NCBI GenBank assembly: GCA_036351795.1
Contig: JAZBPW010000114.1
Location: forward strand, 647 to 64,646
Direction of reading: 5' to 3'
DNA length: 64,000 bases
Source: Candidatus Zhuqueibacterota bacterium
GTDB lineage: Bacteria > Zhuqueibacterota > Zhuqueibacteria > Thermofontimicrobiales > Thiofontviventaceae
Shown piece by piece: positions 54,086 to 63,211 of the stretch; positions within the stretch are counted from its first letter, which is position 1; each line of letters begins with the position of its first letter. Under the pieces are notes generated by a model, which did not search any database, was not told the origin of the DNA, and was given only the letters and a program-made list of their open reading frames with translations. Made by a program: the position numbers and the translations under genes.

Positions 54086-54868
54086 TTACAGCCAATCTAT
54101 TTGAAGCTGCTCTTCCGGAGTGTACAATCGTCTGTACAGCAGGAAAAGCGTCATCATGCACGAGACAGTTACCGAGGCAGCAAGCATGTACATGATAATG
54201 ATTTGGTAGCGGACAGACTGCTCCGGTGCAACGCCGCCAATGATCTGTCCGGTCATCATACCCGGCAGCTGCACGATCCCTACCACCATCATCGCATTGA
54301 TCGTGGGCATCATCGCCGCACGGGCCGCTTCACGCAGCAACGGAATGATCGATTGAAATGGACTCGCACCGAGCGCCAGGGCAGCCTCAACTTCAGTCCG
54401 CCTGCTCCGCGCCTCACTAACCAGGCGATCCACTGAAAGCGCTGCGGCATTCATTGCATTTCCGAGCATCATACCACATAGCGGGACCAGGTATTGCGGT
54501 TCGTACCACAACGGCGCACGAAGAATGATCAACATCAACGGTAACACCGTTATCACGGCGCCTGTAAAAATAGAGACCGTAATGATCGGAAAAAGTCCGG
54601 AGATTTTCACATTCTGACGCTTCACCGCATTGTATCCGGCGATCAAGGTCATGACAATAATCAAAAAAAGCACGAAATACCATTTTCGCACATTGAAGAT
54701 AAACTTCAACACATATCCGATCATTAACAGCTGCGTAAATGTTCGGAACGTGCCAATCAATATGTCCCTGGCGATTCCGAGCCTGGATTGGAGCGAAATT
54801 GCCACGGGGATCATGATAAATATGAGTGCGATCGCGACATCCGTATAGTCCAGTGAAATATAATTCAT
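54086..54868 (-). CDS. fetB: ABC transporter permease, UPF0014/FetB (YbbM)-like
   Basis: 260 aa, polytopic. The size and N-terminal pattern match the FetB family. ATGA-type 4-nt overlap with the upstream ATPase gene. Confidence 0.65.
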   Translation of the reverse strand: MNYISLDYTDVAIALIFIMIPVAISLQSRLGIARDILIGTFRTFTQLLMIGYVLKFIFNVRKWYFVLFLIIVMTLIAGYNAVKRQNVKISGLFPIITVSIFTGAVITVLPLMLIILRAPLWYEPQYLVPLCGMMLGNAMNAAALSVDRLVSEARSRRTEVEAALALGASPFQSIIPLLREAARAAMMPTINAMMVVGIVQLPGMMTGQIIGGVAPEQSVRYQIIIMYMLAASVTVSCMMTLFLLYRRLYTPEEQLQIDWL

Positions 54869-55611
54869 ATCTCAAGCTCCCCGCTGATAAAACGTCGCCC
54901 TGTATCTGTCTGCGGATATTTGAAAAAAGAGTCCGCAGGGCCATGTTCGATGATCATACCATTTACGAGCAGACATACGGTGTCGGCAATGTACTCCGCG
55001 TGTTGAAGTATATGCGTGACAATAATAATGGAAAGATGCAATTCCTTATTGATTTTTTTCACCATATTGAGGAGATTCTTGGATGATGACGGGTCGAGAG
55101 CAGATGTCGGCTCATCGAGAAGAAGGACATCTGGATCATTGGCGAGCGCACGGGCCAGGGCAATGCGTTGCTGCTGTCCCACTGAGAGTGACTGCACATC
55201 CCTGGCTGTTTCGATGCTTTCGAGCCCGACCGATTGCATCAGCGACGCAATCACGGAATCAGGCAGATCCCTCTTCAACAATCGGGGACCAAACAGTAAA
55301 TTGTCTTTCACCGTCCCCCTGAACAGAGCCGGTACCTGAAACACCATGGACACTTTCTGCCGTAATTCCCTGGGAACAATTGTCGATATGTCCTGACCAT
55401 TCATGAAGATACGCCCCTCATCCGGACTCTCCAGACGATTCAGCAATCTCAGAAGCGTTGTCTTGCCGCTTCCGGATGGTCCCAGGATCACCTGGATACC
55501 GTCGCCACACGAATCATAACAGAGATCTCTTAAAATGGTTCTCTTTTCTTCTCCGCCATTCGCGTTCCGGCAGCATTTAAATTTGCTGACATGATTCAGT
55601 GAAAATATCAT
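54865..55611 (-). CDS. fetA: ABC transporter ATP-binding protein, FetA (YbbL)-like
   Basis: Walker A GPSGSGKTT, signature LSVGQQQR, Walker B LLLDEPTSALD. Confidence 0.7.
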   Translation of the reverse strand: MIFSLNHVSKFKCCRNANGGEEKRTILRDLCYDSCGDGIQVILGPSGSGKTTLLRLLNRLESPDEGRIFMNGQDISTIVPRELRQKVSMVFQVPALFRGTVKDNLLFGPRLLKRDLPDSVIASLMQSVGLESIETARDVQSLSVGQQQRIALARALANDPDVLLLDEPTSALDPSSSKNLLNMVKKINKELHLSIIIVTHILQHAEYIADTVCLLVNGMIIEHGPADSFFKYPQTDTGRRFISGELEI

Positions 55612-55836
55612 GTTCTTTTCTCGAGCGTGTTCTTCATTTTGACATATAGGGTAAACGGTTAACGGGATCGTTGTATTCGGCTATTCTTGAATATAGCATG
55701 TCAGCGAATGACAAACAACCAATTAATGCGAAACTGCCCGAATCCTGTCGTTTTCGTCACAACCTGGTAGCGTCGATTGGGGACATGCAATAACGGGGAA
55801 AGCACCTGACGTGAAACAGCTTCTGCCATATATAAA

Positions 55837-55868
55837 AGCCAGAACCGGTGCTTCTGCCGGCTCTGGCT
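55837..55868 (-). terminator. Intrinsic terminator after the malectin-repeat gene
   Basis: 11 of 12 bp stem AGCCAGAACCGG/CCGGCTCTGGCT. On the minus strand it is followed by TTTATATAT. Confidence 0.7.
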
Positions 55869-55894
55869 TTGATGAAAACGTATAGTTTTTTCAA

Positions 55895-58624
55895 TCACTT
55901 CAGCAGCAGCATTTTCCTTGAATCAACGTAGGGTGAATAGTCGCTGCTGTGTGGATTGACATATATGCGATAGACGTAAAAACCACTCGCGACCGGGACA
56001 TGATACATATCGAGCCCGTTCCAGTCCGTGTGATGATATCCGGCCTCTCTTACACCATCGAACAGCACCACTTTCCTCTGCCCCATCAGATTGTATATCT
56101 CCAGAATGACATCCGATTCAACGGGCAATCCGAATGAAATATTGGTGCTCATATTGAAAGGATTCGGATAATTCTGATTGAGATGAAAATGATCGGGTAT
56201 CAATCCACTTCCCGTGGCGTCAAAGGTCGATGGATCGCTCTCCATGGCCACAATACCATTGTTGCCGAGTACTTCAATGGCGGATATTTTCGGATCCTCC
56301 AGTCCCCGAACAAAATCGATGTTCAATTGATTGTCCAGAACCGAAACCTGAAATGTCATCGACATGGCAGCTTTTTTACCGACTTCGGCAAATATGTCCA
56401 GGTCCTGAATGACCGGGTCACCCTCAATAGTCACCCCAAAAACACGCCGGCCAGCCTCTTTAACATAAATTTCAGCGAAATGCAGCACCACCTCGTAGTT
56501 ACCGTTCGGTGCATCGAAGAGATAGCTTTCCATTCCCCAACGCTCGGTTCGATACAACAGGTCCTCACGTGTATCGGAAATCGGCAACCTGGTTGAATAT
56601 GTTTCTCCGCCGATATATCCCCAACTTTCAGGCGAATATGGCTTGTCTGCTTCCCAGACCTGGTCGTCCGAATCGATGTGCTGTTCACCGCCCGCATTCA
56701 CTCGCATGGTATAATTGGTGACCATACCCACCTGGTAAGAGACAGGAATCTCTGCATTGCCTCCATTAGACATGATCATCAATTTCGCCTCATAGATGCC
56801 ATCCACCAGCGATACTGATGAAACGGAAAGGGTAATACTGTCCGATTCATTATAGGCGAGCGCTCCGGAATCAGGATCCAACGGATTCAGCCAGGCGACT
56901 TCAGGGGACTGAATCTCCCATATCAATTCACCGGCGCCCATATTCGCCATGATTACATTTGCTTCGGTATTATCTTCACCGAAATAGATCATATTTGGCT
57001 GAACGCTCAGGAAGGGCTCATCCGGTATCTTGAACAATTCGACAGCACTGATTTGAGGAACACCGGCTACCGGTACAAACGAAATATCGATCGCACCATC
57101 TTCGACTTCGATATCGCATGCTTTCACGATGGCGTTCTGCGGATCTGTCTCCGCATTCACATCGAAATTTTCAAGTACGAGACTGTCTTCGACCAGCACA
57201 TGAAAAATCCGCTGCTCCGGTTCGGTGAGTTCCGATTCGGCAAAATGCAAACTGACGTGATAGAAGCCATTTTCCTGTACGGCAAATTGATAATTCGTCA
57301 TCTCCGTACACACATCCTGATAGAGTGCATCATCAAATGTATTGATGATATCAAGAGTGTATGCCGTGGAATACCCATCCGAAAATCCGATGTCCGCGAA
57401 CCAGAGATTATCCGCAATATCGACATAATCCTCGCCACCGCAATTCACTCTCAACGGAGCATTGGCATCATCGAGAGTGAGCTTCAGATTTTCATTATCT
57501 CCATTGGTGATGATTTCGAGAACTGCCTCATCCGGTCCCGCCGCCTGATTTCTGTCGACAGTCACTGTAACGGTTTGCGACTCATCCACGGACAGGACGC
57601 CGTCAGATGGTTCAACACCCATTACCCAGGGTATGTCGTCCGCATTTGCGGCGCTCCAGTCAAGTGGCGCTGTACCGACATTCTTCACCACGAAATGCCT
57701 CTTCGTGAGCAATGAACCGAAAGCGAGTTCGGCCGGATCGATCTCCGGAATCGGAAAATCGTTTTCCACCTGCATGATGACTTTAATATTTTTGTTTCCA
57801 CCGTTTGATTGAATCGAGACCTTTCCCTCGTAATCTCCCTCCGTAAGTCCGGAACGGCTCACCTTGATTTCGATTTGCTGCGGTTCGTTTTGAAGCAGTG
57901 TGCCGTTAGCCGGTAAAACGCTCTTAATCCAGGGTTCATCCGGATCTTCGAAAAGATTCCAGATCAACGGCTTGGCGCCACCGTTTTTAATTTCGAAAAA
58001 TCTGCTGAATGTCTTTTTGCCGAGTTTCAATTCGGTCTTATCAATCCATAATTTCGGCTCTTGCGATCCCTGTTCTTCAACACTGATCGCTTTGACATTG
58101 GAGTGGGCGATGGATATACCTGGCGCCGTGTAAATAGTTTCGAAGAAAATGTCCAGACGTCCGTCGTTCACAGTCACCTGGAATGTGCGATCGATGGCGC
58201 GGGCGAATCCCGCTGTCGCGAACATGTCAAAATCTTGCATGACTCGTTTCCCCTCGATACTCACATGAAATATCCGCTGTCCCACTTTTTTGTAATAGAG
58301 TTCTGCAAACTTCAACTGGACGACATAGTTTCCATTCGGTACGGTGAAACGGTAAAAGTCCAGTGCATTGCGCTCAGCCTGATAAAGCGGATCATCCACC
58401 GTACCCTTAATCGAATATGGATATATCAGTGAATACCCGCCATTGACATGTCCCCAACTTCCCGGACGATATTTTTGATCGCTGGACCAGTCATTGCCAA
58501 AGCGGTCTCTGTAGGCTCCTCCTCCACAGTTCACTCTGATCACTGTCTGTGCAATCGCACTCGAAGTCAGTATCAGTGCCAATACTGAAAGCATAATCAG
58601 CAATTTAAATTTTGAACGATTCAT
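55895..58624 (-). CDS. Secreted protein with three malectin-like carbohydrate-binding domains, Ig-like spacers and T9SS CTD
   Basis: ATG at 58624 preceded by a G-rich SD gives MNRSKFKLLIMLSVLALILTSSAIAQ. There are three RVNCGG/RVNAGG...LY..ER...Y.F..PNG.Y.V.LHFAE...RIF.V.IEG units. The CTD reads LNQNYPNPFNMSTNISF..LEIYNLMGQ..RKMLLLK. Confidence 0.8.
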   Translation of the reverse strand: MNRSKFKLLIMLSVLALILTSSAIAQTVIRVNCGGGAYRDRFGNDWSSDQKYRPGSWGHVNGGYSLIYPYSIKGTVDDPLYQAERNALDFYRFTVPNGNYVVQLKFAELYYKKVGQRIFHVSIEGKRVMQDFDMFATAGFARAIDRTFQVTVNDGRLDIFFETIYTAPGISIAHSNVKAISVEEQGSQEPKLWIDKTELKLGKKTFSRFFEIKNGGAKPLIWNLFEDPDEPWIKSVLPANGTLLQNEPQQIEIKVSRSGLTEGDYEGKVSIQSNGGNKNIKVIMQVENDFPIPEIDPAELAFGSLLTKRHFVVKNVGTAPLDWSAANADDIPWVMGVEPSDGVLSVDESQTVTVTVDRNQAAGPDEAVLEIITNGDNENLKLTLDDANAPLRVNCGGEDYVDIADNLWFADIGFSDGYSTAYTLDIINTFDDALYQDVCTEMTNYQFAVQENGFYHVSLHFAESELTEPEQRIFHVLVEDSLVLENFDVNAETDPQNAIVKACDIEVEDGAIDISFVPVAGVPQISAVELFKIPDEPFLSVQPNMIYFGEDNTEANVIMANMGAGELIWEIQSPEVAWLNPLDPDSGALAYNESDSITLSVSSVSLVDGIYEAKLMIMSNGGNAEIPVSYQVGMVTNYTMRVNAGGEQHIDSDDQVWEADKPYSPESWGYIGGETYSTRLPISDTREDLLYRTERWGMESYLFDAPNGNYEVVLHFAEIYVKEAGRRVFGVTIEGDPVIQDLDIFAEVGKKAAMSMTFQVSVLDNQLNIDFVRGLEDPKISAIEVLGNNGIVAMESDPSTFDATGSGLIPDHFHLNQNYPNPFNMSTNISFGLPVESDVILEIYNLMGQRKVVLFDGVREAGYHHTDWNGLDMYHVPVASGFYVYRIYVNPHSSDYSPYVDSRKMLLLK

Positions 58625-58776
58625 AATCCCCCCCTGCATGGCATGAGTTATCATTCGTATTATGGGAATTCGTTTTAATACGCATTCTCTATATACAGGC
58701 AAAGTCCATATTTTGCTTGTTTTTTTTCCACATTTATTGTAACTTTTTTAATATTAATTTAACAGGCGCTGATTGT

Positions 58777-60168
58777 ATGAAAGATATTGAAAAACTACTT
58801 GATCAGGACCATTTCCTGAAGACATTGTTCAACTCGATTCCGCTGGGTGTCATGCTTGTGGATAAAAACCAGAAAGTTCAGGCAGTCAACGACTTCATGC
58901 GTCAGACTTTCAATGTATCCGAAGGGACTGTTGTCGATAGAAATATCGGAGAAGCAATTCATTGCATTAATTCTTTATCCGGCACAGGAGTGTGCGCTCT
59001 CGACAAGCCATGCAAATGCGACCATTGTAAATTAAAGTCCATTTCTTTATCAGCACTGAGTGGACAAAAGATATCCAGGACCAAATCTGAAATCCAATTG
59101 GTGGTCGACGGAAAAGCCCAAAATAAAGACCTGCTGGTTACTGCAACGCCTGTTAAATTTGGAAAAGAGGTCTATGCGCTCGTTTTATTGGAAGATGTCA
59201 CTGAATTATCAAAATTACGAAAGCAGTTAGATAGCAATCAAGGCATATCCAGCATCATTGGGAAAAATACCAAAATTCTTGATCTCAAAGAGAAGATAAA
59301 AGTCCTCGCTGAGGTCGACGCCCCGGTTTTCATTGAAGGCGAAAGCGGTACAGGGAAGGAGCTCGTGGCCAAATCTATTCACGCGGAGGGACCGCGAGCC
59401 AATGCACCCTTTATCGTGATCAATTGCGGAGCGATGCCGGAAACCCTTCTGGAAAGCGAGCTTTTTGGACATGTCAAGGGATCTTTCACAGGAGCGATCC
59501 GGGATAAAAAAGGCAGGTTTGAGCTTGCGAATGGCGGAACACTTTTTCTGGATGAGATCGGTGAGATTTCTCAAATCATGCAGGTAAAGCTGCTCCGGGT
59601 TCTGCAAGAGGGTAATTTTACACCTGTCGGTGGCGAGTCAGAAATACAGGTGGATGTGAGAATTCTGAGCGCCACAAACAAGGACATCACGAAAGAGGTA
59701 CAGAGCGGCAATTTCCGGGAGGATCTGTACTACCGGATGTGCGTCGTACCGCTATCCATTCCACCATTACGTCACCGCAAGGATGATATCCCCATGCTGG
59801 CTAATCACATACTTAAGTTAATGAGCATTGCCGAAAACGGCAAGGCATACGAAATTTCGCCAGCGTCAATGGACCTGCTCCGTTCTCACAGCTGGCCGGG
59901 CAATATCAGAGAATTGCAGAACATCATGCAGTTCGCTGTTGTTCACTGCCATGGGAATGTCATCGAGCCGGAACATATTCTGCCGGGATTACAGGGACAC
60001 GATGATTTAAAAAATGCTCACAGGAAAAGAACCCGCTCGCGAAAGCTCAACGCGAAAAGAGTGAAGGATGCATTGCGTGAGACAAATGGCAATCATCTCA
60101 AGGCAGCCAGCCTGCTCGGCGTGTCAAGGTCCACCCTGTACAGATTTCTCGACAGTGTCACGGATTGA
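58777..60168 (+). CDS. Sigma-54-dependent transcriptional activator: Cys-rich PAS-like sensor + AAA+ + Fis-type HTH, no receiver domain
   Basis: ATG at 58777. The AAA+ part has GESGTGKE, the GAFTGA-type loop GSFTGA, and [17 protein letters not shown]. The C-terminal HTH reads [16 protein letters not shown]. Confidence 0.85.
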   Translation: MKDIEKLLDQDHFLKTLFNSIPLGVMLVDKNQKVQAVNDFMRQTFNVSEGTVVDRNIGEAIHCINSLSGTGVCALDKPCKCDHCKLKSISLSALSGQKISRTKSEIQLVVDGKAQNKDLLVTATPVKFGKEVYALVLLEDVTELSKLRKQLDSNQGISSIIGKNTKILDLKEKIKVLAEVDAPVFIEGESGTGKELVAKSIHAEGPRANAPFIVINCGAMPETLLESELFGHVKGSFTGAIRDKKGRFELANGGTLFLDEIGEISQIMQVKLLRVLQEGNFTPVGGESEIQVDVRILSATNKDITKEVQSGNFREDLYYRMCVVPLSIPPLRHRKDDIPMLANHILKLMSIAENGKAYEISPASMDLLRSHSWPGNIRELQNIMQFAVVHCHGNVIEPEHILPGLQGHDDLKNAHRKRTRSRKLNAKRVKDALRETNGNHLKAASLLGVSRSTLYRFLDSVTD

Positions 60169-60300
60169 TGCCATCCCGGTCAAAATCAATATAGGTTCGA
60201 AGTATATTCGCCCTGCCGGACCTTACATCTCAAAATTGGCATATTACAGTGTTATCCAGCAGTCACGTGATATAATTATGTGACTAAATTGTCTCATTAC

Positions 60301-60329
60301 TTGACAATTTGCATAATTTATTTTATATT
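60301..60329 (+). promoter_or_regulatory. Consensus sigma-70 promoter (TTGACA-17-TATATT) of mscS-like gene
   Basis: Hexamers at 60301-06 and 60324-29. It lies inside the ORF-track N-terminal extension, which supports the ATG at 60364. Confidence 0.5.
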
Positions 60330-60363
60330 AGGGCTTTTAATTTATTACGATCATGGAGGGAGC

Positions 60364-61437
60364 ATGGAATCTTTGAACGCTTTGCTGGCAAGGACATATT
60401 TTGAGAATACACTGGGGCAATACCTTCTCTTTTTTGGAGTCGTCATCCTCAGTCTGGTATTTGGCAAACTTTTCTATTATATTTCGAAAACCAGGCTTCG
60501 CAAGCTCACATCACAATCGAAATCGCAGATTGATGATTATATAGTCGATGTGATCGAAGAACCCATCGTCCTGTTACTCGTCAGCGCGGGCATATGGGTC
60601 GGTAGCCAGTTCCTCACACTGAGCGCAGGGGGAGAAAAATTCTTCTCCAACATCGTCATCGTATTGCTGACCATGACAGTCGCGTGGCTGCTGGTTCGAC
60701 TCTTCGATGTACTGGTGACGGTCTATGTCGAGCCGCTGGTGGGAAAATCTGAGAGCAAACTCGACGATCAGATCCTGCCGATTCTGAAAAAATCGATCAA
60801 GACAATCGTGATCATTCTCGCTGCAATCGTTGTCCTCTCCAATCTCGGCTACGACATACTCTCCATTCTGGCCGGACTGGGTATTGGTGGTTTAGCTTTG
60901 GCTTTGGCAGCACAGGACGCCGTGAAAAATATCATCGGCGGTATCACCATATTCTGGGACAAACCCTTTCAGATAGACGACTGGATTGAAATCGACGGTA
61001 AATCCGGCGCCGTGGATGAAGTCGGTTTACGCAGCACACGCATCAAGACAGTTGGGGGGACAACGGTCGTTCTGCCAAACAGCAAAGTGGCGGATAACAT
61101 GCTCGAGAATTTCTCGACGCGTACCAGAAGACGTCAGGTCGTCAACATAGGACTGACTTACGATACAACCGCAGACCGGATGGAGGAGTCTTTCAATATT
61201 ATCCGGGAGACAATCAAGTCAGTGGATGGAGTGGATCATGATGACATCCGGATCCGGTTCGTCAACTTTGGAACTTTCTCACTCGATCTGGAGATCGTGT
61301 ATTGGATTACGGATATGTCCGACTGGGTCATGATCATTCACCGCATAAACATGGGAATCAAGAGAAATCTGGATGATGCCGGGATCGATATGGCATTCCC
61401 GACAGAGACGCATTATGTGATACAACAGTCAAAATGA
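60364..61437 (+). CDS. mscS: Small-conductance mechanosensitive channel (MscS family)
   Basis: GGAGGGAG lies immediately upstream of the ATG at 60364. TM segments are followed by the MscS beta-domain blocks NIIGGITIFWDKPFQIDDWIE..G.V.EVGLRSTRIKT. Confidence 0.8.
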   Translation: MESLNALLARTYFENTLGQYLLFFGVVILSLVFGKLFYYISKTRLRKLTSQSKSQIDDYIVDVIEEPIVLLLVSAGIWVGSQFLTLSAGGEKFFSNIVIVLLTMTVAWLLVRLFDVLVTVYVEPLVGKSESKLDDQILPILKKSIKTIVIILAAIVVLSNLGYDILSILAGLGIGGLALALAAQDAVKNIIGGITIFWDKPFQIDDWIEIDGKSGAVDEVGLRSTRIKTVGGTTVVLPNSKVADNMLENFSTRTRRRQVVNIGLTYDTTADRMEESFNIIRETIKSVDGVDHDDIRIRFVNFGTFSLDLEIVYWITDMSDWVMIIHRINMGIKRNLDDAGIDMAFPTETHYVIQQSK

Positions 61438-61503
61438 GGAACAGATAATCATTGTACAGAATTTTCGGCCTGATTGGTACGTGTGCTAATCAGGCCGATT
61501 TTT

Positions 61504-62607
61504 TCACATACTATAGCTTGTCGCCAGCGCTTTCTCCCGCTCATGCCTTTCGATGGCAAGCTGAATGAGCCTGTCGATCAATTCGGTATAGGAAATCCCG
61601 CTTGCGTCCCACAATTTCGGGTACATGCTTATCTTCGTAAATCCGGGTATTGTATTGATCTCATTCACGATAACATTGTTTTCTTCAGTGAGGAAAAAAT
61701 CGACTCTCGCCATCCCTTCGCAGCAGAGTACTGTGAAAGCGCGTAGTGCAAGGTTCTGGATCAATACAACCAGCTCATCACTCAGTTTTGCAGGTATTTG
61801 CAGTGTGGCGCCCTTCTCATCGATATATTTTGCTTCGTATGAATAAAATTCATGTTGCGGCATCACTTCCCCGGGCACAGAGGCGATCGGATTCTGATTT
61901 CCGAGCACCGAGCACTCAATTTCCCTGCCTGCGATGCTTTCTTCGATCAAAATTTTGGTGTCGAAACGGAACGCTTCATTCACCGCATCTTCAAATTCGG
62001 CAGCCGATTTCACTTTGCTGATACCAACCGATGAACCCAGGTTTGCCGGTTTGACGAACAGCGGAGTACCAAGCATTCCCGTAACATCCTCGTAATCGAT
62101 AACTGACTTTTCCGAATATCTGTATGCGAGAAAATTGGCGATCGGGAGCCCTGCATCACGCAGAAGCCTTTTCATCACATCCTTGTCCATTCCGACGGCA
62201 GAGCCGAGCACGCCGGCACCTACAAAGGGTATATCCGTTAATTTCAACAGCCCCTGAACAGTGCCATCTTCGCCATACGTCCCGTGGAGTACCGGAAAGA
62301 TGACATCGATTCCGCACTCCGGCTTCCCATTTGTCACATTGATCAGGCGATCCTCCCTGTCCCCCTGTATCAATGCGATCTCTTCCGTGGATCTGGACAG
62401 CTTCACGAGCTTCGGATTATCCGCATTCAGGAGAAAACGGGATGCATCATTGAGGTACCATTTCCCGCTTTTATCGATCCCGATCAGCACGATCTCGTAT
62501 TTTCCCTTATCGATGGCTTCCACGACATTTTTCGCGGATTGCAAAGAGACTTCATGTTCAGCAGATTTTCCCCCGAATAGTATACCGACTCTGATCTTGT
62601 CAGTCAT
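61504..62607 (-). CDS. ddl: D-alanine--D-alanine ligase (housekeeping)
   Basis: IRVGILFGGKSAEHEVSLQSA, HGTYGEDGTVQGLL, and ARVDFFLTEENNVIVNEINTIPGFT. 367 aa. Confidence 0.9.
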   Translation of the reverse strand: MTDKIRVGILFGGKSAEHEVSLQSAKNVVEAIDKGKYEIVLIGIDKSGKWYLNDASRFLLNADNPKLVKLSRSTEEIALIQGDREDRLINVTNGKPECGIDVIFPVLHGTYGEDGTVQGLLKLTDIPFVGAGVLGSAVGMDKDVMKRLLRDAGLPIANFLAYRYSEKSVIDYEDVTGMLGTPLFVKPANLGSSVGISKVKSAAEFEDAVNEAFRFDTKILIEESIAGREIECSVLGNQNPIASVPGEVMPQHEFYSYEAKYIDEKGATLQIPAKLSDELVVLIQNLALRAFTVLCCEGMARVDFFLTEENNVIVNEINTIPGFTKISMYPKLWDASGISYTELIDRLIQLAIERHEREKALATSYSM

Positions 62608-63211
62608 CAGATTTCCCCTGCTTCATGAGTTCCGCGTAACGCGGACTATTTCGGAACCAATGAAGCGCAATGAGCGTTTTGGCATCGTGTATCAGCCCGT
62701 TATCAAGCCGGTGATATGCTTCATGAAAGGTCAACTCAATAACCCGCAAATCTTCCAGTTCCGCCTCCACGCCGCCACCCTCAGTGATCTTACAATCATC
62801 GGAAACCTCGGCGCAGTAGAGGTAAATCAGCTCAGAGCTGCCACCGGGCGATGCGTAGAATGACTGGATCTCGTTGGCATCCTCGATTTCGTATCCAACC
62901 TCCTCGAGGATCTCTCGCGTAACTGTCTCCACCGGAGATTCGCCGGGATCTACTGTGCCGGCGACAACTTCAACGAGCCATCCTCTGGACGGGTCACCGA
63001 CATAAGCAGGATAGCGAAATTGTTCGGTCAGGATGATGGTTTTTTTTTCAGGATTGATCAGAAGAACAGCAACAGCATTCCCCCTCTGCATGCACAGACG
63101 CTCTGTCTCGCGGGAGATCGTGCCGTCATACTTTTCAAATTGCAGCACGGCACGATCCACCTTGAAAAATCCGTCGAAAACACGGTCGACTTTTTTTATA
63201 ATGACTTTCAT
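62600..63211 (-). CDS. NUDIX hydrolase (nucleoside-diphosphate-sugar pyrophosphatase-like)
   Basis: Nudix box GTVDPGESPVETVTREILEEVGY. 8-nt overlap with the ddl start. Confidence 0.8.
   Translation of the reverse strand: MKVIIKKVDRVFDGFFKVDRAVLQFEKYDGTISRETERLCMQRGNAVAVLLINPEKKTIILTEQFRYPAYVGDPSRGWLVEVVAGTVDPGESPVETVTREILEEVGYEIEDANEIQSFYASPGGSSELIYLYCAEVSDDCKITEGGGVEAELEDLRVIELTFHEAYHRLDNGLIHDAKTLIALHWFRNSPRYAELMKQGKSDD

Noticed and set aside
55701-55898. 65-aa minus-strand ORF between the fetA-like gene and the malectin gene
   Set aside because: It overlaps the malectin-gene terminator hairpin and the probable fetAB promoter region, and has no SD or recognisable motif.
58625-58776. Sigma-54 promoter expected in the divergent spacer next to the enhancer-binding protein gene
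   Set aside because: The only GG/GC pairs found (TGGCATgagttATCA, and GGCA..N..TTGCT with 16-nt spacing) violate the -24/-12 spacing or sequence.
60261-60285. Inverted repeat AGTCAC-N13-GTGACT just upstream of the mscS promoter as an operator
   Set aside because: With 6-bp arms in AT-rich DNA it is too short to distinguish from chance without comparative data.
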